A stretch of 24,000 nucleotides of DNA from Candidatus Electrothrix gigas (GTDB taxonomy: Bacteria; Desulfobacterota; Desulfobulbia; Desulfobulbales; Desulfobulbaceae): NCBI GenBank assembly GCA_022766165.1, contig QYLO01000020.1, forward strand, positions 23,061-47,060. The letters run 5' to 3'. The first letter of the stretch is position 1; the number at the start of each line of letters is the position of its first letter. Both the position numbers and the translations under genes were made by a program. Positions 1 through 7,367 of the stretch are shown one piece after another. Below the pieces are notes generated by a model that saw nothing but the letters and a program-made list of their open reading frames with translations, ran no database searches and had not been told where the DNA came from.

Positions 1-1
1 A

Positions 2-2275
2 GATGATCAGCCTGCTAATCTTAACGTTCTTCTTTCCTTTTTAAAGGAGCAGGATCTTGAACTTCGTATACTGCAAAGCGGTGTGCAGGCCCTTGCCTTT
101 TTAGAGGAAACTGTTCCTGATATTATCCTGCTTGACGTACTTATGCCAGATCTCGACGGCTTTGAAACCTGCCGCAGGATTAAAGCAGATGAGCGGTTTG
201 TTGATATCCCAATTATTTTTATGACAGCCCTTGATACGATCAAAGATAAGGTGACAGGTTTTAAAGCAGGTGGAGTTGATTATATTACCAAGCCTTTTCA
301 GCAGACAGAGGTACTGATTCGGATCAATACGCATATCAATCTGCGTAAAAAGGCACAAAAACTCAAAGAGACACAGGAAGAACTCCTTATTCAGAAAAAT
401 AAACTGGAAGCCCTGATTAATTCAATCCCTGATCCTATCTATATTAAGGATATAAAAAATAAATACATAGGATGCAACCAGGCCTTTGAAAAAGTAGCAG
501 GTCGGTCAAAACAGGATATTGTTGGTAAAGAAGATATGGCTGTTTTGCCTTCAGAAGTTGCTGCTTCTTTTAAGAAAAAGGATCAGCGAATGCTCTCCTG
601 TGGTCAGGCGCAACGGACTGAGGAGCAGATCCTTACTCCTCATGGAAAAAGTTTATTTTTTGATATTTGGAAGACACCCTATATCGGCCCTAACGGTCAT
701 CTGCTTGGCTTGATAGGGATTTGTCGGGATATTAACGAACTCAAGCAGGTGCAACAGGAGGCTGAAGAGGAGCGAGAACGACTCAGTGTCACCTTGCAAT
801 CTATTGGTGATGGCGTCATCGCCACAGATGTAGATGGGAAAATAGTGTTTATCAACAGGGCTGCCGAGCAGTTAACTGGCTGGGATAATGCTGATGCTGT
901 GGGAAAACCTTCAGAAAAGATTTTTAGAATCTTTGACGAAGAAGCAGGTGAGGAATCTCCAAACCCAGTGAAAAAAATTTTACAGTCCGGAAAGCGGTTG
1001 GCCCTGTTTCGGGGCGCTGTCTTGCAAAATAAGAATAACGTGAAGCTGAACATTGTGGACAGCGGCGCTCCTATCCGGGATCGCAAGAATCAGATCATTG
1101 GGGTTGTGATTATCTTTCAGGACATCACCCGTGAGAAAAAAATGGAGCAGGAACAGATGAAGATCCGAAAGTTAGAATCATTAGGCATTCTTGCTGGGGG
1201 AATTGCGCATGATTTTAATAATCTTCTCTCAGCCATTCTCGGTAATATTGAGTTGGCCGCCTTTGGGATTGCAGGGAACAGCAAAATATCTACCCTGCTT
1301 GCTGATGCGCAAAAGGCCACAGAGCGGGCAACCAAACTCACCTATCAGTTGCTGACTTTTTCTAAAGGAGGGGAGCCAATTAAAGAGAGAACATCGTTAC
1401 CTGATCTGATCAGTGAGTCGGCAAACTTTGTCCTGCACGGCTCCTTAGTATCTTGTCAGTTTTGCTTTGCTGATGATCTGTGGGCAATTCATGCGGACAG
1501 CGGCCAAATCAGTCAAGTTATTCAAAATATTATTCTCAATGCCAAAGACGCTATGCCGCATGGTGGCCGGATCACTGTTGAATGCCGTAATGTGAAAGAT
1601 TTAGCCTCGGGCTTGCTGTTGCAGCGACATAAGGGGAACTTTGTCCAAATTACGATTAAGGATAACGGGGTTGGGATTCCCCAGGATATCGTGGAGAACA
1701 TCTTTGATCCCTATTTTACTACTAAAAAAGAGGGCAATGGCTTGGGACTGGCTATCTGTCACTCTATTGTGAAAAAACATGATGGACATATTACGGTGCA
1801 TTCGGAACTACAACAGGGAACGGTGTTTTCCATCTACTTACCTGCTCTGCCTGCACTTGTTCATACTGATACCGAACCACAGGATCAGAAAAAAACTGTT
1901 TCCTCAACCAAAATAATGGTTATGGATGATGACTTGATGCTCCGTAATTTGGCCCGCTCCCAACTGACTGCCTTGGGACATGATGCAGTGCTTGTCAAGG
2001 ACGGGGCAGCCGCAATCAGCACCTATCAGGAAATGCTGGAAACCGATAACCCGATTGATCTTGTTATTCTGGATCTCACCATTCCAGGTGGTATGGGAGG
2101 CAAGGAGGCAGCACAAAAAATTCTGCAGCTGGACCCAGAGGCAAAACTGATTGTGGCCAGTGGGTATTCTAACGATCAGGTTATGGCGGAGTACAGCGAG
2201 TACGGATTTCGGGCCGCCGTGGCTAAACCCTTTACGCTTAATGAGTTGCGTGAGGCCATTGTTGCTGCGCATTAA
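2..2275 (+). CDS. Hybrid sensor histidine kinase/response regulator (REC - coiled coil - 2x PAS - HisKA - HATPase_c - REC), 5'-truncated by the window edge
   Basis: The frame is open from nt 2 (DDQPANLNVLLSFL...), upstream of the GTG at 83 listed in the ORF track, so the gene starts before the window. The N-terminal receiver has DIILLDVLMPDLDG...KPF. The H-box is LAGGIAHDFNNLLSAILGNIELA. The ATPase N/G boxes are NAKDAMPHGG, DNGVGIP and GNGLGLAI. The C-terminal receiver is IMVMDDD...DLVILDLTIPGGMGG...AKPF. The stop is at 2273-2275. Confidence 0.9.
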   Translation, partial: DDQPANLNVLLSFLKEQDLELRILQSGVQALAFLEETVPDIILLDVLMPDLDGFETCRRIKADERFVDIPIIFMTALDTIKDKVTGFKAGGVDYITKPFQQTEVLIRINTHINLRKKAQKLKETQEELLIQKNKLEALINSIPDPIYIKDIKNKYIGCNQAFEKVAGRSKQDIVGKEDMAVLPSEVAASFKKKDQRMLSCGQAQRTEEQILTPHGKSLFFDIWKTPYIGPNGHLLGLIGICRDINELKQVQQEAEEERERLSVTLQSIGDGVIATDVDGKIVFINRAAEQLTGWDNADAVGKPSEKIFRIFDEEAGEESPNPVKKILQSGKRLALFRGAVLQNKNNVKLNIVDSGAPIRDRKNQIIGVVIIFQDITREKKMEQEQMKIRKLESLGILAGGIAHDFNNLLSAILGNIELAAFGIAGNSKISTLLADAQKATERATKLTYQLLTFSKGGEPIKERTSLPDLISESANFVLHGSLVSCQFCFADDLWAIHADSGQISQVIQNIILNAKDAMPHGGRITVECRNVKDLASGLLLQRHKGNFVQITIKDNGVGIPQDIVENIFDPYFTTKKEGNGLGLAICHSIVKKHDGHITVHSELQQGTVFSIYLPALPALVHTDTEPQDQKKTVSSTKIMVMDDDLMLRNLARSQLTALGHDAVLVKDGAAAISTYQEMLETDNPIDLVILDLTIPGGMGGKEAAQKILQLDPEAKLIVASGYSNDQVMAEYSEYGFRAAVAKPFTLNELREAIVAAH

Positions 2276-2296
2276 AAGGGCAGCCGGCAGCCTGGG

Positions 2297-3283
2297 TTAT
2301 TTTGATTCCTCTGCATCTTTCCTGTGCATCTCTTGACTCAGTAAGGCATCCAGTTTTTTGGGTGATGACAGACATTCTCGCTCTAAACCGCATTGAGCCA
2401 TAATGGTACAAAAATGTAAAAATTCACCCATGAGCCGGGTGGTGGTCTTATTTTTATGTTGAATGATTGAGATCTGCCGTTGCATATTACTATCCTTAAT
2501 GGATAAGCCTTTGAGCCAACCATGCTCTTCTTCCCGGCAAATGGTCAGTTCAGAGAGACAGGCCGCACCTACTCCGGCTTCTACGGCTTTTTTGATGGCT
2601 TCAGTATGGCCGATTCTGGTGACAACGTTGAGTAATGCCGCATGTTCACCCAGTTTGTTTTTAAAGATCTCTGCTGTACCAGAACCATCTTCTCGGAGAA
2701 CCCAGGCTGTTTTCACTAGGTCCTCTGGCAGGGTAAAGAGCTCCTGTTCAGCCAGGGGATGCGAGGTGCTGACAATAATCCGCAGTTCATCTTCAAACCA
2801 AGGGGTCATGCGAATTGCTTCGTCAGTAATACCGCCTTCCACAAAGCCGAGATCCATGACTCCTTGGGCCACGAGTCGCTCTGCCTGTTTTGTGTTCGCC
2901 ACCATCATGTTAATATGCGTCTCAGGGTGCATCCGCATAAAAAGAGCAAGAGGATAGGGTAGCACATAGTTGCCCACTGTTGAACTGGCTATAATTTCTA
3001 AGGAGCCAGCAATACCCTCTTTTTCTTCCGTTAATAATGCCTCAACATTATGAACCTGATAGGTGATATTCTTGGCCATAGGCAGTAAATACCGGCCCCG
3101 ATCATTGAGCAGGAGGCTGCGACCGTGGCGATCAAACAGCGGGCCGCTCAGTTGGTTTTCTAACTCAGCCAAGGCCATACTGACCGCAGACTGGGTAAGA
3201 AAGAGTTTTTTACTGGCTCTGGTAACCTGTTTGGTTTCAGCTACAGCTATAAATATTTGGAATTGCCTGAGCGTGATAGCCAT
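2297..3283 (-). CDS. LysR-family transcriptional regulator
   Basis: The N-terminal wHTH is typical of LysR regulators (MAITLRQFQIFIAVAETKQVTRASKKLFLTQSAVSMALAELENQLSGPLFDRHGR). It is followed by a substrate-binding domain of about 200 aa. The gene is convergent with the kinase, with only 21 nt between the two stops. Confidence 0.9.
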   Translation of the reverse strand: MAITLRQFQIFIAVAETKQVTRASKKLFLTQSAVSMALAELENQLSGPLFDRHGRSLLLNDRGRYLLPMAKNITYQVHNVEALLTEEKEGIAGSLEIIASSTVGNYVLPYPLALFMRMHPETHINMMVANTKQAERLVAQGVMDLGFVEGGITDEAIRMTPWFEDELRIIVSTSHPLAEQELFTLPEDLVKTAWVLREDGSGTAEIFKNKLGEHAALLNVVTRIGHTEAIKKAVEAGVGAACLSELTICREEEHGWLKGLSIKDSNMQRQISIIQHKNKTTTRLMGEFLHFCTIMAQCGLERECLSSPKKLDALLSQEMHRKDAEESK

Positions 3284-3410
3284 TATCGTTCCTTGGCCGA
3301 GGTGAAGAAATTTGCCTGTATATCTTTTGTGCTTATACTGCGTTTCATGATATTCGTCTAAGTATTTTATGTGATTTTCAAAGAAACGTTGCTCCGTGGC
3401 TATATTTTCT

Positions 3411-3422
3411 TTGAATATTCAA
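3411..3422. promoter_or_regulatory. Perfect 12-bp palindrome TTGAATATTCAA in the LysR/dsbD divergent intergenic region; candidate LysR-type operator
   Basis: The palindrome is seen directly. It lies about 128 nt upstream of the LysR start codon. LysR regulators typically bind T-N11-A-type dyads near their own promoters. There is no experimental or comparative support here. Confidence 0.25.
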
Positions 3423-3774
3423 GCAGGCTTCCCTTTGCAATAACTTGTTTTTACCTAGATAATATAAAGATATCGTGATAGATAGCCGCCTCTTTTAGGC
3501 AGTATCTTTCTGCCTCTGAGCAGCGTTTTGCCCTTGTTTTTCCTGTATACATACAGTAAGACTTGCCACAGAAGCTCGTTCAACTTTGCACATACTCGTA
3601 CAATCGTTCTTAATAGCTTGTTTTACGGTTGTATTGAATTTATATCATGTAATTAACCCTTTTTCATCTGCACAGGAATGAACTGTACGGCATCTTTATC
3701 TCTTGAGCAACAAGAAGACAAAAGAGTTCTTGGTTTTCCTGTCAACGTTGAGGAATAGCATCCACCTTGCCATT

Positions 3775-5649
3775 ATGTTGAATAATAAAAAGATATTTTG
3801 TTTGTTAATCGTTGCGGTATTGCTTTTGTTTGTATCGGATCAAGACTGTCAAGCCAGCCAGCTAGATATCTCTTCAGCCGGAGGAGCAGTCAATGTCCGA
3901 ACTGCCTGGTCTGTCAATGCAGCACATCCAGGCGATCAAGTGGTTCTTGCCGTTGTTCTTCAGGTCAATCAAGGCTATCATATAAACGCAGATGATCGAC
4001 AGCTCATTCCATTAAAAAGTATTAAACTTTTTCCGACCAAGGTGACTGTGATTGAGGCTGATGAGGGCCTCCTGATTGAAGCACCTCTTTATCCGCTCGC
4101 TGCCCCCTATGAGGTGCCGTATATTGATGGGAAGGTGATGTCTTTTAAGGGCAGGACGGTTGTTTACCTGCCTGTTCGGCTCGAAAAATCTCTGGCTGGC
4201 AGGAAGTCGTTAAAACTGACCGTGCAGGTAAAGTATCAGCCCTGTTCTGAAGAGTACTGTCTGCTTCCGGTAAGGACGGAGCTTGAGGCCAGTCTGCCTA
4301 TTGTCCCTCCTGACAGCGTTGTTGAAAAGACACACCAGGAGCTGTTCGCAGACTATGCCCATGGAGCCAGCTCAGAAAGTTCTGACGAGGTTGCCTTTGG
4401 TCTGTTTGGTTGGAATTTCTCTGTTGACAGCTCTTCTTTTGGTGGGGTGATCTTATTGCTGATCATTGCGGCCTTTGGTGGTATGTTGCTTAACTTTACC
4501 CCCTGTGTACTCCCTCTGATTCCTATCAAAATAATCAGTCTCTCCTATGCAGCCAAGAATAGACGACAGTGCATTTTGCTGGGTGTGTCCATGTCTATGG
4601 GAGTCTTGATGTTTTGGCTTGCTTTAGGTACGCTCATTGCCTTGGTGAGCGGCTTTAGTGCGACGAACCAACTGTTTCAATACCCGATCTTTACCATCTC
4701 GGTTGGTCTTATTATTGCCGTGATGGCAGGCGGTATGTTTGACTTCTTCTCTCTGCAACTCCCTGCCTTTGTGTATATGATTCACCCAGAGCAGGACACC
4801 CTCAAAGGCTCCTTTGGCCTAGGAGTTCTTGCTGCTGTTCTTTCCACTCCTTGCACAGCACCTTTTATGGGAGCTGCCGCAGCCTGGGCTGCCACGCAGC
4901 CGCCTCTCTCTACCCTTGCTGTTTTTGCCTCCATAGGTATTGGCATGGCCTTGCCCTATTTCTTTCTCTCAGTTTCTCCCCATTTAGTCAGTAAAATGCC
5001 CAAAACTGGCCCAGCCAGTGTGTTGGTAAAGCAGGTTATGGGCCTGTTCATGCTCTCTGCTGCTGCCTACTTTATCGGCATTGGCCTAGAGGTGCTGTTG
5101 TCATCCCCTGTAGACCCACCAGGGAAACTGTACTGGTGGCCGGTTATGTTCTTTTTGTTCTGTGCAGGTGGCTGGACAGTGTGGCGTACGCTCCAGATTG
5201 CTGTCCAGAAAAAGATGCAATATCTTTTTACCGGGCTGGGCTTGGCCATTATGTTGGTTTCTGGGATTGGGGCCTATCGTCTGACCCATACCGGCCCGAT
5301 TGCTTGGACATATTATACACCTGAGCGGCTTGCAGTAGCCCAGCAAGAGCAGCAAACCGTTGTGATGGTGTTCACGGCTGAGTGGTGCATCAACTGTAAG
5401 GCTTTAGAGCGGGGAATTTTAGATAACCCCAAAATTATCGAGCTGTTCAAGGATGAACGGGTTCTGCCCATGAAGGTGGATATCACAGGCAACAATCCCG
5501 ATGGTAAGGCCAAACTCAAGGAGGTGGGCAGTCTGACCATTCCCCTGTTGATCGTTGTGGATGCACAGGGAAAGGAGGTGTATAAAAGTGACTACTACTC
5601 AGTGGACCAGGTCTACCAGGCTGTACAGAAGACCTTGGAGAAGAAGTAA
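3775..5649 (+). CDS. dsbD: Thiol:disulfide interchange protein / protein-disulfide reductase DsbD family
   Basis: The ATG at 3775 gives a signal-peptide-like N-terminus (MLNNKKIFCLLIVAVLLLFVSDQDCQA). The periplasmic N-domain carries a Cys pair (YQPCSEEYCLLP). The polytopic core has the two conserved membrane Cys motifs (FTPCVLP, STPCTAPF). The C-terminal thioredoxin fold has a CxxC (FTAEWCINCK). The TTG at 3703 in the ORF track is less likely as a start. Confidence 0.85.
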   Translation: MLNNKKIFCLLIVAVLLLFVSDQDCQASQLDISSAGGAVNVRTAWSVNAAHPGDQVVLAVVLQVNQGYHINADDRQLIPLKSIKLFPTKVTVIEADEGLLIEAPLYPLAAPYEVPYIDGKVMSFKGRTVVYLPVRLEKSLAGRKSLKLTVQVKYQPCSEEYCLLPVRTELEASLPIVPPDSVVEKTHQELFADYAHGASSESSDEVAFGLFGWNFSVDSSSFGGVILLLIIAAFGGMLLNFTPCVLPLIPIKIISLSYAAKNRRQCILLGVSMSMGVLMFWLALGTLIALVSGFSATNQLFQYPIFTISVGLIIAVMAGGMFDFFSLQLPAFVYMIHPEQDTLKGSFGLGVLAAVLSTPCTAPFMGAAAAWAATQPPLSTLAVFASIGIGMALPYFFLSVSPHLVSKMPKTGPASVLVKQVMGLFMLSAAAYFIGIGLEVLLSSPVDPPGKLYWWPVMFFLFCAGGWTVWRTLQIAVQKKMQYLFTGLGLAIMLVSGIGAYRLTHTGPIAWTYYTPERLAVAQQEQQTVVMVFTAEWCINCKALERGILDNPKIIELFKDERVLPMKVDITGNNPDGKAKLKEVGSLTIPLLIVVDAQGKEVYKSDYYSVDQVYQAVQKTLEKK

Positions 5650-5667
5650 TCCGGCATATCTACGAGT

Positions 5668-5812
5668 TAGGGGGGAGGCAATATTCTGTACCCGGTGTTG
5701 AAACACCGGGCTATTTTCGATAGTCCCTTCGGGACACTCTTTCCTCTCTTTTCCGTATATCCTCGCCCTGGAGGGGCGTTCCATAATAGCCCACCGTTTT
5801 AACGATGGGCAA
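5668..5812. repeat. Mosaic of four or five short GC-rich hairpins (REP/BIME-like element or structured leader RNA)
   Basis: The hairpins seen are cccggtg/caccggg (5691-5710), ctat/atag (5711-5723), gtccc-ttc-gggac (5723-5735), cgccc-tggag-gggcg (5764-5778) and gccca.cgtt/aacg.tgggc (5789-5810). A pyrimidine-rich spacer separates them. The region is non-coding; only a spurious 61-aa antisense ORF crosses it. Confidence 0.4.
5691..5718 (+). terminator. Candidate intrinsic terminator of dsbD (first hairpin of the mosaic below)
   Basis: CCCGGTG-ttgaaa-CACCGGG forms a 7-bp GC-rich stem. It is followed by CTATTTTC and lies 42 nt after the dsbD stop. Confidence 0.4.
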
Positions 5813-5869
5813 CAGAATTTTCCTTTTCCTCTCTATTCCTTTACAACTTTTACAACTCAGGAAATACCT

Positions 5870-7312
5870 ATGTCTTACCTGTCTGTTATCTTGGCGCTGC
5901 TATTTCTGCCTGGTTCTGTTATTGCGGCAGAATCAGTGGGGCAACTCAGCCCGCATGATCCCTTTGTCGCTGTGCTCTATCTCAGCCTGTTCCTCTTTCT
6001 TGGCTATGTTGTTAAGGCAATCTTCCTACGAGGCATCATGGTTCCCAGTTCTTTGCTGGGCGGCTTGTTTGCCCTGGCCTTTGGCCCAGAACTCCTTGGC
6101 TCTGTGATTGGCAGCTTGATTGACGGTTCCAGTACTAGCTTTCTCAGTCCTGAGACCTTGGCCTTTTGGAAAAAATCACCAACTTTTCTGATCACCATTG
6201 TCTTTGCCGGTCTTTTTCTTGGCAACAAGATTCCCTCCTTGAAACAGGTACTCAAGCAGGGCGCACCAAACCTCTTTTTTGGCTACTCTCTCGCCTTTGG
6301 ACAGTATACCGTCGGACTGGCCCTGGTTGTCTTTCTGCTTGGGCCAATGTTTGGGGTACATGACCTTGCCGGGGCCTTAATCGCCATTGGCTTTCAGGGA
6401 GGACACGGAACCGCTGCCGGTATGGGAGGCACCTTTGCCAAGCTCGGCTTTGCAGAAGGCATGGACCTGGGACTGGCCTTGGCAACCATTGGGCTTGCCT
6501 GTTCCATTATTATTGGCACCCTGATTCTCAATCTCTCTGGTTTAGCCAAACATGCCGAGCGAGTGAGCATACAAGACGAGGAAGCAGTCAGTTCAAAGGA
6601 TGAGCCGCTGCATGATGGCGGTGCAGACCAACCGGATATTGCCAACTCGCTGCCCTTTCACATTGGTATTTTCGGTTTTGTCATTGCAACAGGCTGGCTG
6701 ATGCAGCAGTTATTCATCCGCATTGATCAACTGCTCTCTGGCGGTGAAGCCACTATTATGGGCTATGTGCCGCTCTTTCCCATTGCCATGATTGCTGGCT
6801 TGATCTTTCAATTCTTTGTGGTGAAATTTGGCTTTCGTCGCTATGTCAACTCGTTTCAGGTACAGGTGGTGTCAAACATTGCCCTGGATTTCCTGATCGT
6901 GGCTGCTTTGGGCAGTCTCAGTATTGGTGCCTTGACAGCCAACCTTACCCTTGTGCTGATCCTGTCCGGAGCCGGAATTGCCTGGAATATGGCAGCCTAC
7001 TATATTATTGCCCGCAAACTCTTTGGCAGCCGCTGGAAGGTGCGCGGACTGGGGGAACTGGGGCAGTCTATGGGAACCACGGCCATTGGCCTGATGCTGC
7101 TCAAGCAGGCAGAAAAGGTGGATCCAACAGCCATGAAGGCGTTCAGTTATAAACAGCCCCTGTATGAGCCGCTGGTTGGCGGTGGTCTGGTGACGGCCCT
7201 TGCCCTGCCCATGATTGCAAGTTTGGGGGCCAAGGGATTTCTTATGGTCACTGGCAGCATACTGGCTGTTGTGCTTGTTGTTGGACTGGTGGTTATTCGA
7301 CCGGAAAGGTAA
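5870..7312 (+). CDS. gltS: Sodium/glutamate symporter (GltS/ESS family)-like polytopic transporter
   Basis: The protein has about 10-12 hydrophobic segments. A GltS-like signature is present (IGFQGGHGTAAGMGGTFAKLGF). There is a hydrophilic central loop (SIQDEEAVSSKDEPLHDGGADQPD). An AGGAAA sits before the ATG. The family assignment is from motif memory only. Confidence 0.7.
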   Translation: MSYLSVILALLFLPGSVIAAESVGQLSPHDPFVAVLYLSLFLFLGYVVKAIFLRGIMVPSSLLGGLFALAFGPELLGSVIGSLIDGSSTSFLSPETLAFWKKSPTFLITIVFAGLFLGNKIPSLKQVLKQGAPNLFFGYSLAFGQYTVGLALVVFLLGPMFGVHDLAGALIAIGFQGGHGTAAGMGGTFAKLGFAEGMDLGLALATIGLACSIIIGTLILNLSGLAKHAERVSIQDEEAVSSKDEPLHDGGADQPDIANSLPFHIGIFGFVIATGWLMQQLFIRIDQLLSGGEATIMGYVPLFPIAMIAGLIFQFFVVKFGFRRYVNSFQVQVVSNIALDFLIVAALGSLSIGALTANLTLVLILSGAGIAWNMAAYYIIARKLFGSRWKVRGLGELGQSMGTTAIGLMLLKQAEKVDPTAMKAFSYKQPLYEPLVGGGLVTALALPMIASLGAKGFLMVTGSILAVVLVVGLVVIRPER

Positions 7313-7367
7313 GGCAACTGTGTCTGAAGTGGTTGAGTTGTAAGCGAGGTAAAAAAAGACAGGAGAT

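Noticed and set aside
3703-3774. Upstream alternative starts given in the ORF track: TTG 3703 for dsbD, 15710 for trpS, TTG 19171 for CNNM, 11334 for the DUF4234-like gene and TTG 20266 for DUF2058.
   Set aside because: In each case a downstream ATG has a proper Shine-Dalgarno and yields a canonical N-terminus (signal peptide, HIGH motif and so on). The extensions add non-homologous residues or overlap a REP element.
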